64,000 bases of DNA from Actinomycetota bacterium (GTDB taxonomy: Bacteria > Actinomycetota > Actinomycetes > Nanopelagicales > Nanopelagicaceae). Below the pieces are notes generated by a model. That model saw only the letters and a program-made list of their open reading frames with translations, was not told the origin of the DNA and did no database searches. Of this stretch, positions 18,336-28,064 are shown piece after piece. The stretch lies in the NCBI GenBank assembly GCA_026392845.1, contig JAPLBJ010000039.1, forward strand, positions 1,173 through 65,172. The letters run 5' to 3'. The stretch's first letter is position 1, and the number at the start of each line of letters is the position of its first letter. The position numbers were made by a program, and so were the translations under genes.

Positions 18336-19142
18336 ATGTCGAAAAAATTAGTCTCACTAATTTCGATATTCCTCTTACTTTCATTGCCACAAGCCCATGC
18401 CGAGAACTTTGAACTTGCAATTGGTGCCGACTATGAAGGTGGATATGAGCGAGCGCTCTTTAAATTGTGGATTGATGCCGATTCAGATGGATGCAATACA
18501 CGTGAAGAAGTACTGATACAAGAAGCAGTAGTAAAGCCAACAATTGGAAATTCTTGCAATCTCACAGGAGGTGCATGGCTAAGTCCATATGATGGAATTC
18601 GAACTACGAAAGCATCCGCACTAGATATTGATCACGTAGTTCCATTGTCTGAGGCTTGGAAATCTGGTGCCTGGGCATGGACACCGGCACAGCGACAGGC
18701 ATTTGCAAATGATTTAGATGATCCCCGTGCATTAGTTGCAGTATCACTCGGTCAAAATAGATCTAAGGGAGACAAGGATCCATCGCAATGGCTTCCACCT
18801 AAAGGAGTATGTACATACATCGCAGATTGGATTTCAATAAAAGCTCGATATCAATTAAGTGTTGATCGCATAGAGGCAGCTTTTCTTACTTCAAAAGTAA
18901 AGCAATGTAAGAGTTCCGTAGTAACTGTTGTATTCAATAAAAAAGTTACTAAAAAAGTAACGCCAACGCCAACAACTTTTTCATCTCCAACTCCTACCGG
19001 CCTTCAACTCTTCAAATTTGCTAATTGCGCTGCCGTAAAAGCAGCTGGAGTTGCTCCAATAAGGAAAGCGACAAATCCTGGACTTTATGAACTCAACGCA
19101 TCTCTTGATCGCGATAAAGATGGAGTTGCATGCGACGCATGA
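18336..19142 (+). CDS. Secreted DUF1524 (His-Me/HNH-like) nuclease with C-terminal Excalibur Ca-binding domain
   Basis: Signal peptide MSKKLVSLISIFLLLSLPQAHA|E; DIDHVVPLSEAWKSGA...NRSKGDKDP motif; PT linker; C-terminal NCAAVKAAGVAPI..LDRDKDGVACD. Confidence 0.6.
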   Translation: MSKKLVSLISIFLLLSLPQAHAENFELAIGADYEGGYERALFKLWIDADSDGCNTREEVLIQEAVVKPTIGNSCNLTGGAWLSPYDGIRTTKASALDIDHVVPLSEAWKSGAWAWTPAQRQAFANDLDDPRALVAVSLGQNRSKGDKDPSQWLPPKGVCTYIADWISIKARYQLSVDRIEAAFLTSKVKQCKSSVVTVVFNKKVTKKVTPTPTTFSSPTPTGLQLFKFANCAAVKAAGVAPIRKATNPGLYELNASLDRDKDGVACDA

Positions 19143-19296
19143 GTAAAAAATAGTTTTACTTGGGAGTTCCCCTGATTGAGAATGCTCGATTCCGCTTTTC
19201 AATCATGAAATGAACAAAATGAGTACTAATCAATCACCCAGTCTGCTGACCCTATGGCGCAATCGTTATCGAGAAGTTACCTAAACTCTCTGCAAA

Positions 19297-19310
19297 TTAC
19301 TTGCAAGTAA
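19297..19310. promoter_or_regulatory. Perfect 14-bp palindrome TTACTTGCAAGTAA upstream of the second ABC operon (candidate operator)
   Basis: Self-complementary over all 14 positions, 73 bp upstream of the TTG start at 19383. No cognate regulator gene is seen nearby. Confidence 0.35.
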
Positions 19311-19382
19311 ATGCACTTTTCAATAACCTAACGTTCAATCTCGAGCAGGTGGCGGGATATTTATCTATATAGGAGGAATAAT

Positions 19383-20741
19383 TTGATCAAGCAACTCGCT
19401 ACACGAAAGAGCATCGCTACAGTAACTGTAGTTGCGCTCGCAATTAGCGTTCTAACAATGGGCACTAGCTCGGCTGCAGATGCAACATGGAACTGTACGC
19501 CAACAAAGGCTAAGCCTGTAACAGTTCGTCTCATCGAATTTTTCGCGGGACCAGCTCGTACACCACTTCTCAATGCATATGCTCGTCAATTCGAGGCTAA
19601 GAATCCAAATGTGAAGGTAGAAATTATTTCTCCATCACAAGCAGATTCAGCAGCAAAGATCACACAACTTCTACAAGCAAAGAACGTAGATATTGTTGAG
19701 CCAGCTGGTGCAATCATGGGACAGGCAATGTCTGCAAAGCAGCTTGCTAACATCTATCCATACTTCTCAAAGACAAAGGGCTGGGCTGGTCTAACTGACT
19801 ACTCCAAGTTCCAAGCAGAGTTGTACGGAAAGAACACAACTTACATGGTGCCAAATGGTTACTACGTAAAGGCTGCTTTCGTTCGTCCAGCACCAATCGC
19901 TGCAGGAGCACCTGATGTACTTGCAAAGATCAAGAAGGGTACAGCCACATGGGCTGACATTCTTGCTGCTAAGTCTTCAAACACTGCAACATCATCGATG
20001 TATGCAATGCGTGGAGCTCGTGCATCATTCACACAAGCAATCTTTATTATCCGTGCATACAACGCACCTGATCTAAATTCAGGCGGATACTGGAACAAGA
20101 GCACAAAGACAAGCATGTTCAATTCTGCGAAGTCAAAAGATGCACTTGATTTAATGATGAAGATCTGGAAAGAAGCATCACCTGCAGCATCTGTTGCATG
20201 GGGATACCCAGAAATGGTTCAAGGCTTCGTTGATGGAACAGCTAACTATCTAATTCAGGATAACGAAGTTATCCAGATTGTTGATGAGAAGTATGCTCCA
20301 TTCGATAGTGGCAAGTGGTTCATGGCTCAAATGCCAAAGGGTCCAACAGGCTATGCAGCACAAGATGTAAGTGGTGGCGGATGGTCAGTTGCACAATCTT
20401 CAAAGTGCAAGAACATCGCAACTAACTTCCTTGACTTCATTACAACTGATCCACAGCACTCATCATTTGCTCGCGCATATGGTGTCGGACCTGTAACAAA
20501 GACAGCTGCATCTGATCCATTCTTCAAGACTGGCGCATGGGCTATCTACGACAAGATCGGTAAAGATCCAAAGGAGCTAAAGCTCGATGGTTCTGATGTT
20601 GCGCAGGTTTGCTACGGTGAGTTCTTCACTCAAGCAGATAAGGATATGCAGGCAATGTATGCAGGTTCACTTTCTACAACAGATGCGCTCAAGCAATGGG
20701 CAACATTCTGGGATACAAAGTGCATCAATCCCGTAAAGTAG
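19383..20741 (+). CDS. CUT1-family ABC substrate-binding protein
   Basis: TTG start 8 nt after AGGAGG; signal peptide ..VVALAISVLTMGTSSAADA; SBP-like length; followed by two permease genes. Confidence 0.75.
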   Translation: MIKQLATRKSIATVTVVALAISVLTMGTSSAADATWNCTPTKAKPVTVRLIEFFAGPARTPLLNAYARQFEAKNPNVKVEIISPSQADSAAKITQLLQAKNVDIVEPAGAIMGQAMSAKQLANIYPYFSKTKGWAGLTDYSKFQAELYGKNTTYMVPNGYYVKAAFVRPAPIAAGAPDVLAKIKKGTATWADILAAKSSNTATSSMYAMRGARASFTQAIFIIRAYNAPDLNSGGYWNKSTKTSMFNSAKSKDALDLMMKIWKEASPAASVAWGYPEMVQGFVDGTANYLIQDNEVIQIVDEKYAPFDSGKWFMAQMPKGPTGYAAQDVSGGGWSVAQSSKCKNIATNFLDFITTDPQHSSFARAYGVGPVTKTAASDPFFKTGAWAIYDKIGKDPKELKLDGSDVAQVCYGEFFTQADKDMQAMYAGSLSTTDALKQWATFWDTKCINPVK

Positions 20742-20776
20742 TAATAAGCACTGAATAAGTAGTTCAGGCGTTTATG

Positions 20777-20812
20777 GACGGTGGCTAGCTCTTCATGAGT
20801 TAGCCACCGTTC
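20777..20812 (+). other. 12-bp stem-loop after the SBP gene (no U-tract)
   Basis: GGACGGTGGCTA-(12 nt)-TAGCCACCGTTC, with one G-U pair. It occupies the same position as the hairpin in the first ABC operon. Confidence 0.45.
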
Positions 20813-20857
20813 GCGCTACATCGTTTCTCAATAATTAGCGACAGGAGAAATACCGCA

Positions 20858-21784
20858 ATGGCGGCCTCGGTACATAAGTTAGTGCGCAAAGATGGCAAGA
20901 AAGCTCAGAATATTCTTGCGCCACTCTGGTTCTTACTACCGGCTTTGATAATGGTTGCGATATTTATTTATTACCCTGTACTTGCAACAGCAAATATGTC
21001 TTTCAAGAATTACAAGCTTTTTGACCAGAGCAATATTTTCTATAACGGCTTTGAGAACTTTCGAGGAATTTTCAAAGATTTAGCTTTTCGTCGCATTCTT
21101 CAAAATACAGTTCTATGGGTAACTGTTTCGCTTTTCTTCCAATTCTTCATTGGATTCGGATTAGCCCTCTACCTAAAATCTAAGTTCAAATTTTCTGGCC
21201 TTTATCAAGGCATTATTTTTATACCTTGGGCTCTATCCGGTTTTCTTATGGGTCTTGTTTGGAAATGGATCTTTGATGACAACTTAGGCGTTCTCAATGA
21301 CTTGATGCTCAAGTTGGGTCTCATTGAAACCCCTATTCCTTGGTTATCAAATGCTAACTGGGCCATGGCTGCAGTTATCATTGCAAATATTTGGTACGGA
21401 GTAACATTTTTCGTAATCATGATTTTGGCAGCACTACAAGGTGTGCCTAATGAAATATTGGAAGCAGCCGAACTAGATGGCTGCGGCAAAGCCAAATCTC
21501 TTTTTCTTGTGATTATTCCTTTCATTCGCCCAACGCTTATTTTGATTATTCTGCTTCGAATTATTTGGATTACAAATTTTCCTGACATCATTTTTGGAAT
21601 GACTAGTGGTGGACCAAACCAGCAAACTCATATTCTCTCATCGTGGTTAGTGCAGAAAATTACTTACGATCAAGACTGGGGTAGTGGATCAGCACTTGGC
21701 CTAATGATGCTCGGCGTTCTCTTTGTTTTCACTATTTTTTATCTCTTGGCTACCCGCCTTGAAAAAGAGTCGGAGGGCAATTAA
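20858..21784 (+). CDS. ABC sugar permease
   Basis: EAA loop LEAAELDGCGKAKSLFLVIIPFIRP; multi-TM. Confidence 0.8.
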   Translation: MAASVHKLVRKDGKKAQNILAPLWFLLPALIMVAIFIYYPVLATANMSFKNYKLFDQSNIFYNGFENFRGIFKDLAFRRILQNTVLWVTVSLFFQFFIGFGLALYLKSKFKFSGLYQGIIFIPWALSGFLMGLVWKWIFDDNLGVLNDLMLKLGLIETPIPWLSNANWAMAAVIIANIWYGVTFFVIMILAALQGVPNEILEAAELDGCGKAKSLFLVIIPFIRPTLILIILLRIIWITNFPDIIFGMTSGGPNQQTHILSSWLVQKITYDQDWGSGSALGLMMLGVLFVFTIFYLLATRLEKESEGN

Positions 21785-22608
21785 TGTTTAAGACATTAGG
21801 TAAGGCCACGAAATTTTCTGTACTAGCAATCTGGTTGGTATTCACAATATTTCCACTCTATTGGATGTTTTTGACTTCAATACGTCCCGTACGTGAAGTA
21901 ACTAAAAAGTTTTATTACCCACATGCAAACTCGACTCTAGATAGCTATCGCACACTCTTCAATCAATATGCATTTGGTACATATATTAAGAACAGTTTTA
22001 TCGTTTCATTCGCCGCCTCTGCATTCGTGATCTTTATTGGAATGCTCGGGGCATATGCCCTTGCTCGCTATAAATTCAAGGGTAAGGCACAAATCATGTT
22101 GGTCTTTTTAGTAACCCAGATGATTCCAGGACTTATTGCTCTAGCACCGCTTTATTTATTGCTGAGCAAAGTTCACTTGCTCAATACCCTTATCGCACTC
22201 ATATTCTGTTATGTAGGCGGCATGGTTCCTTTTGCAACAATCATGCTTAGAGGTTTCTTGCAGCGAATCCCTCCTGAACTAGATGAAGCAGCTCTAATCG
22301 ATGGTTGCAACCGCTTCACCGCACTCTTCCGTGTTGTATTCCCAGTTGCACTTCCTGGAATTGCTGCAACATTTATCTTCGCTTTTGTGCAGTGCTGGAA
22401 CGAGCTCTTTCTGGCGATGGTTCTCATTGACTCTGATGCCAATAAGACATTCCCAGTGGCAGAGCGCTCATTTGTTGGTGCGTATTACATTGAATGGGGT
22501 GGTCTTGCAGCCTCGGTCATGATCGGAATCATCCCAACAGTTGTGATGTTTGGATTGATGTCCAAGTTCATGATCTCGGGTCTTTCTGCTGGAATTGTGA
22601 AGGGATAA
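21784..22608 (+). CDS. ABC sugar permease
   Basis: EAA loop DEAALIDGCNRFTALFRVVFPVALPG; TAATG overlap with the upstream gene. Confidence 0.8.
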   Translation: MFKTLGKATKFSVLAIWLVFTIFPLYWMFLTSIRPVREVTKKFYYPHANSTLDSYRTLFNQYAFGTYIKNSFIVSFAASAFVIFIGMLGAYALARYKFKGKAQIMLVFLVTQMIPGLIALAPLYLLLSKVHLLNTLIALIFCYVGGMVPFATIMLRGFLQRIPPELDEAALIDGCNRFTALFRVVFPVALPGIAATFIFAFVQCWNELFLAMVLIDSDANKTFPVAERSFVGAYYIEWGGLAASVMIGIIPTVVMFGLMSKFMISGLSAGIVKG

Positions 22609-22610
22609 CC

Positions 22611-23756
22611 ATGGAGTTTGATCTTCAAGAATATAAGTCAGCATGGAAGTTAGAAGAGGGCGTTCATCACTGTAATCATGGATCCTTTGGTTCCGTGCCA
22701 ACTATTGTGCAAGAGGCACAGCGTGCGATTCAAGATAGAGTGCAACTCAACACAGTGAAATTTTTTGCCCGAAATGCAATGAATGAAGTTCAAGATGCTC
22801 GCGCGAAAGTTGCAACATTTCTAAATCAAAAGGCAGAACAGATCACTTTGGTTCGCAATACAACAGAGGCAGCAAGTACAACAATGCGCGGATTTCCTTT
22901 CAAAGCAGGCGATGAAGCAATAGTCCTCGATCATGAGTACGGCGCAGTGATGTATGCGGTAAAGCGCGCGGTTGAAGCAGCTGGTGGAAAGATGATTGAA
23001 ATTGTCGTGCCACGCCTTGCAACAGATGAAGAAGTTGTGGCTCTCGTTGAAGCAGCGCTAACTCCTCGCACAAGAATGTTTGTAGTTGACCATGTAACTT
23101 CGGCAACTGCTCGCACATTTCCAGTTCAGGCACTCAGTGACCTTTGTCGTGAACGTGGTGTTGCAATTGCAATTGATGCCTCCCACACACCTGGAAACTT
23201 CGAATTAGATCTCGATAAGTTAGATGCAGATTTTTGGTTTGGTAATCTCCACAAGTGGGCATCTGCTCCACTTGGTTGCGGTGTTTATAGAGTTGCAGTC
23301 CGCTGGCATGGAGCAATGCGTCCACTGATTGTTTCTTGGCAAGATCACGAAAATTATCCATTGCCATGGGACATGCTTGGAACAGTTGACCTCAGCGCCT
23401 GGCTTGCTGCCCCTGCTGCAATTGATTTTTATTCTGCAATTGGATGGAAGAGAGTGCGCGCAGCCAACACAGCACGTATGCGTTATGGCCGTGATTTAGT
23501 GATGGCCGAACTAGGTGTTGGTAAAGATGATTTACGCGAGGAAGAACTACCTCTCGGTGTTATTCCGCTTCATAAAATGGATGGCGGTCGAGATGGTTGC
23601 ATTGCACTACAGCGTCGTTTTGCAGAAGTTCACAAAATCGAAGTACCAATTACAACAGCATGCAATCAATATTTCATGCGTATCTCAGGACAGCTCTATA
23701 ACACTCCAGCTGACTATGAGGCACTAGTTGCAGCGGTGCGCAAAGAGCTCAAATAG
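22611..23756 (+). CDS. Class V aminotransferase-fold PLP enzyme (isopenicillin-N-epimerase / cysteine-desulfurase-like)
   Basis: N-terminus HCNHGSFGSVP, DASH motif (IDASHTPG), candidate PLP lysine in GNLHKWASAP. The ATG at 22611 is preferred over the overlapping upstream start. Confidence 0.6.
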   Translation: MEFDLQEYKSAWKLEEGVHHCNHGSFGSVPTIVQEAQRAIQDRVQLNTVKFFARNAMNEVQDARAKVATFLNQKAEQITLVRNTTEAASTTMRGFPFKAGDEAIVLDHEYGAVMYAVKRAVEAAGGKMIEIVVPRLATDEEVVALVEAALTPRTRMFVVDHVTSATARTFPVQALSDLCRERGVAIAIDASHTPGNFELDLDKLDADFWFGNLHKWASAPLGCGVYRVAVRWHGAMRPLIVSWQDHENYPLPWDMLGTVDLSAWLAAPAAIDFYSAIGWKRVRAANTARMRYGRDLVMAELGVGKDDLREEELPLGVIPLHKMDGGRDGCIALQRRFAEVHKIEVPITTACNQYFMRISGQLYNTPADYEALVAAVRKELK

Positions 23757-23758
23757 TC

Positions 23759-26000
23759 ATGGGTATTTCTGAAAAAGATTTAGCGCTTCTAGAAGAGATT
23801 CAAACTCGTACTCTTTGGCTCACGGTTCGCATGATTGATTATGCAAACCATGATCGCCCAAATACAGATGGAATCAAAGTAGGCGGACACCAAGCATCTA
23901 GTGCTTCGATGATCTCAATATTGACCTCACTATATTTTCATCATCTCAACGCAAATGATCGAGTCAGTGTGAAGCCGCATTCATCTCCTGTTTTTCACTC
24001 CATTCAATACTTACTTGGAAACTTAGAGAAGAAATACCTCACCTCACTTCGAAGCGCTGGCGGATTACAAAGTTATCCATCGCGCACAAAAGATCCCGAT
24101 ACTGTTGATTTTTCTACGGGCTCTGTTGGTCTAGGTGCAGCCGCTCCACTATTTGCCGGAGTTACTCGTCGCTATGTTGATGCTCACTTTGGTGCACGCC
24201 CACATTCACGCTTTATCGCCCTCATTGGTGATGCTGAATTAGATGAAGGAAACATTTGGGAGGCGGTAGCAGATCCTGCAACAGATGGTGTCGGAAATGT
24301 TATGTGGGTTGTCGACTTCAATCGTCAGTCATTAGATCGCGTGATTCCAGGTATTCGTATTGCGCAATGGCGCGCGCAATTTGAAGCAGCTGGTTGGCAC
24401 GTAGCTGAAGTCAAATATGGTTCTAAACTCAAAAAGGCTTTTGCAGTTGCCGGCAGTGAATCATTCAAGCAATGGTTTGACGATATTCCAAACGAGCAAT
24501 ACCAATCGCTATATGGTCAGAAGATTGAAGATTTGCGTGCACGTTTTCTAGATGGTGCACCAAAGGGAGTTGAAGAACACCTCAAGCGTTATAGCGATAC
24601 TGAACTCTTTGAAATCATTAGCGACCTTGGTGGTCACAATATTGAATCCCTTGTTGAAACTTTCCAAGAATGCGATGGCGTAACCGATCGACCAAGTGTT
24701 GTATTTGCCTACACAGTAAAGGGTTGGGGACTGCCGATGGCAGGAGACCCACGCAATCACTCAGCGCAGATGTCTACAGAACAAATCAATGTATTGCGCA
24801 AAGGATTAGGACGCACGCCAGAAAATGAATGGGATGGCTTTGATCTCACAACAGATGCTGGCAAATTTCTTGCACTTCGCAGCGCAGAACTCAAGCGCCC
24901 GGAAACTGTTGCCCAGATAAATGCGGTAATTCCAATAACAACAAATGTTAAGAGCACCGGAACTATTTCAACGCAGGAAGTATTTGGTCGTGTTCTTAGT
25001 GAAATTAGTCGCGATGAGGCAATTCGTCCATATCTTGTAACTACAGCGCCCGATGTTGCAACTTCAACAAACCTTGGTGGATTTATCAACCGTACCGGCG
25101 TATTTCATCCAAAAGAATTACGTCGCTGGAATGAAGATCCCATTCTCAAATGGGCTGAAGGTCCAACGGGTCAACACATTGAACTTGGTATTAGTGAGAT
25201 GAATTTGTTTATGCTCCTTGGAATGCTTGGACTTTCATACGATCATTCCAATCAACCACTTATTCCAATCGGTACTGTGTATGACCCGTTTGTTCTACGC
25301 GGTCTTGACGCCTTTATTTATAGTGTCTACTCAGGTGCGAAATTTATTATTACTGGAACTCCTTCGGGTGTAACACTTGCGCCAGAAGGTGGTGCGCACC
25401 AGTCAACAATTACTCCATCAGTGGGTATGGAATTGCCAGGTGTTGTTCTTATGGAACCGGCATATGCCATTCAATGATGCACGCGAGCGTTTAGGGGAAG
25501 CACTTCTTCGCTCACAAGTATTAGCTGGTGCTTATCGATTAGTAGATGGGCGCAATACTGCTGGTGTGACAATTGAAGATACAAACGCACCTGTTGTTCA
25601 CCTTGTTGGAACAGGCGCCGTCATGCCTGAAGTACTACAAGCTGCAAAAGAATTAGCAAGTGAAGGGGTAATCGCACATGTTGTAGATATAACTTCACCT
25701 GGTCGCTTGTATGGTAGTTGGCAGCGCACATTGAAACAAGGAATTCGAACTGCAAGCACTCCATCTTTTCCTGGTGCACTTCGTCCAATATTTACAGAAC
25801 GCGCACCAATTGTTTCAATTCATGATGGCGCATCACATGCAATGGCCTGGCTTGGTTCAGCATTAGGTATGCCACAAGTTGCAATGGGCGTAGATACATT
25901 CGGCCAATCAGGAACAATTCAAGATCTTTATAAGATTCATGATCTTGATGCAGGTTCAATCGTCAACGGCGCATTAGCAGCCCTTAGTTTGAATGTGTAG
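23759..26000 (+). pseudogene. AceE-like thiamine-diphosphate E1-type 2-oxoacid dehydrogenase/decarboxylase, split by a frame change near 25470
   Basis: ThDP motif GDAELDEGN...NRQSLD and the E1-like N-terminal and central domains are in ORF 23759-25477 (ends ..LMEPAYAIQ*). The C-terminal domain (..VVHLVGTGAVMPEVLQAAKELASEGV..) is in the frame of ORF 25377-26000. Confidence 0.6.
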
Positions 26001-26009
26001 ACTACCTAT

Positions 26010-26891
26010 ATGACCACGCTTTCAGCTGGTGCACGTTTTGTAAAAGCCCTTGCCGATGAAAAACCTTTGCAAATTGTCGGCACAATGAATGCCAATCACG
26101 CACTCCTTGCACAGCGAGCAGGATATAAAGCAATCTATTTATCTGGTGGGGGAGTTGCAGCAGGTTCTCTCGGTCTTCCTGATTTAGGTATTACAACTCT
26201 TGAAGATGTTTTAGTCGATGTACGTCGTATTACTAATGTCTGCGATACACCTTTATTAGTAGATGCTGATACTGGATTTGGACCATCTGCTTTCAATATT
26301 GGCCGTACAGTAAAAGATCTAATCAAAGCAGGCGCAGCAGCCATGCATATTGAAGATCAAGTTGGCGCAAAGCGTTGTGGACATCGTCCTAATAAGGAAA
26401 TTGTTAGCAAGGGCGAAATGGTTGACCGCATCAAAGCCGCAGTAGATGCACGCACAGATGATTCTTTTCAGATTATGGCGCGCACCGATGCAATCGCCAA
26501 TGAAGGCATTGATAGCGCCATAGATCGAGCCCTTGCCTATATTGGCGCGGGCGCCGATTTAGTTTTCCCAGAAGCAATTACTGAACTTAGCGATTACAAA
26601 AAATTTGCACAGGCTGTAAAGAAGCCAATCCTTGCCAACATCACCGAATTTGGACTGACTCCACTCTTTACGCGTGATCAATTAGCAGCCACTGGCGTTG
26701 GAATGATTTTGTATCCGCTTTCAGCATTTAGAGCAATGAACAAAGCGGCTGAAAATGTCTACGAAACTATTCGCCGTGATGGAACACAATCTGGCCTTAT
26801 TGACTCAATGCAGAGTCGTGATGAGTTATACGAGCGCATCAATTATCACGCATTTGAAAAAGCGCTCGATCAATATCGCGAAGAAAAATAA
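26010..26891 (+). CDS. prpB: Methylisocitrate lyase
   Basis: PEP-mutase/ICL fold with [11 protein letters not shown] active-site loop; 293 aa; followed by prpC and prpD. Confidence 0.85.
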   Translation: MTTLSAGARFVKALADEKPLQIVGTMNANHALLAQRAGYKAIYLSGGGVAAGSLGLPDLGITTLEDVLVDVRRITNVCDTPLLVDADTGFGPSAFNIGRTVKDLIKAGAAAMHIEDQVGAKRCGHRPNKEIVSKGEMVDRIKAAVDARTDDSFQIMARTDAIANEGIDSAIDRALAYIGAGADLVFPEAITELSDYKKFAQAVKKPILANITEFGLTPLFTRDQLAATGVGMILYPLSAFRAMNKAAENVYETIRRDGTQSGLIDSMQSRDELYERINYHAFEKALDQYREEK

Positions 26892-26905
26892 GGAGCATTT
26901 CCCTC

Positions 26906-28042
26906 ATGGCAGATTTCAAGCCAAAAAAATCAGTTGCGCTCTCAGGAGTTACTGCAGGCAACACTGCTCTATGTAGCGTGGGCAAAAGTGGAAACGATTT
27001 GCATTACCGCGGATTTGATATTGCAGACCTGGCAGCACAATGTGAATTCGAAGAAGTTGCACACCTTCTAATTCATGGCACTTTGCCAACCGCTTCTCAG
27101 TTAGCCGCGTATAAAAAGAAATTACAGGGACTTCGCTCGCTTCCAGCGCAAGTAAAAGCAATTTTGGAACAAATTCCAGCAACTGCGCATCCAATGGATG
27201 TCATGCGATCAGGGGTTTCAGCACTTGGTTGCGTCACACCAGAAAATGAATTCCATTCAATAGAGGGTGCGCGCGAAATTGCAGACAAACTCATTGCCTG
27301 TCTGCCGTCGATGCTTCTTTATTGGTATCACTTTGCTAACGGTGCCAAGCGAATCACCGTTGAAACAGATGATGATTCCATCGGTGGGCATTTTCTCCAT
27401 TTATTACATGGCAAGCCAGCAAGTGAACTCTGGGTCAAGTCCATGCACGTATCACTTATTCTCTACGCTGAACACGAATTCAATGCCTCTACATTTGCAG
27501 GACGAGTTATTGCCGGAACAGGTTCAGATTTATTTTCTGCAATCACTGGCGCAATCGGTGCACTCCGTGGCCCAAAGCATGGCGGAGCTAATGAGGCAGC
27601 CCTTGAAATCCAGGAGCGTTATGCAAATCCCGATCAAGCAGAGGCCGATATTCGTGAACGCGTTGCTAGTAAAGAAGTTGTCATTGGCTTTGGTCACCCT
27701 GTCTATACAGTCTCAGATCCTCGAAATGTAATTATCAAAAAGATTGCACATGACTTATCAGTTGACCAAGGGTCAACTGCTTTGTACGAGATTGCTGAAC
27801 GAATTGAATCCGTAATGTGGGATGTCAAAAACATGTTTCCAAATCTGGATTGGTTCTCAGCGGTTGCCTATAAGCAAATGGGAATCCCGACAGCATTCTT
27901 TACTCCAATTTTTGTTATTGCGAGAACAACAGGCTGGTCAGCCCACGTTATTGAACAACGCATCGATAACAAGATAATTCGCCCTAGTGCCAATTACACA
28001 GGTCCAGAAGATTTAGCTTTCGTTCCTATTTCAAACCGATAA
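26906..28042 (+). CDS. prpC: 2-methylcitrate synthase
   Basis: Citrate-synthase family motifs GPKHGGANE and GFGHPVY; ~378 aa short form; operon context. Confidence 0.85.
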   Translation: MADFKPKKSVALSGVTAGNTALCSVGKSGNDLHYRGFDIADLAAQCEFEEVAHLLIHGTLPTASQLAAYKKKLQGLRSLPAQVKAILEQIPATAHPMDVMRSGVSALGCVTPENEFHSIEGAREIADKLIACLPSMLLYWYHFANGAKRITVETDDDSIGGHFLHLLHGKPASELWVKSMHVSLILYAEHEFNASTFAGRVIAGTGSDLFSAITGAIGALRGPKHGGANEAALEIQERYANPDQAEADIRERVASKEVVIGFGHPVYTVSDPRNVIIKKIAHDLSVDQGSTALYEIAERIESVMWDVKNMFPNLDWFSAVAYKQMGIPTAFFTPIFVIARTTGWSAHVIEQRIDNKIIRPSANYTGPEDLAFVPISNR

Positions 28043-28064
28043 CTACAAGAAAAGGTATAACTTC

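Noticed and set aside
22494-22610. N-terminal extension of the PLP-enzyme ORF, and the similar long starts at 5377 (HIT), 5817 (phoH), 8417 (CDA-like), 14224 (SBP), 18303 (nuclease), 38679 (lexA) and 49782 (fucD)
   Set aside because: The extensions overlap the preceding gene or promoter elements. Internal starts give canonical N-termini, signal peptides or Shine-Dalgarno spacing.
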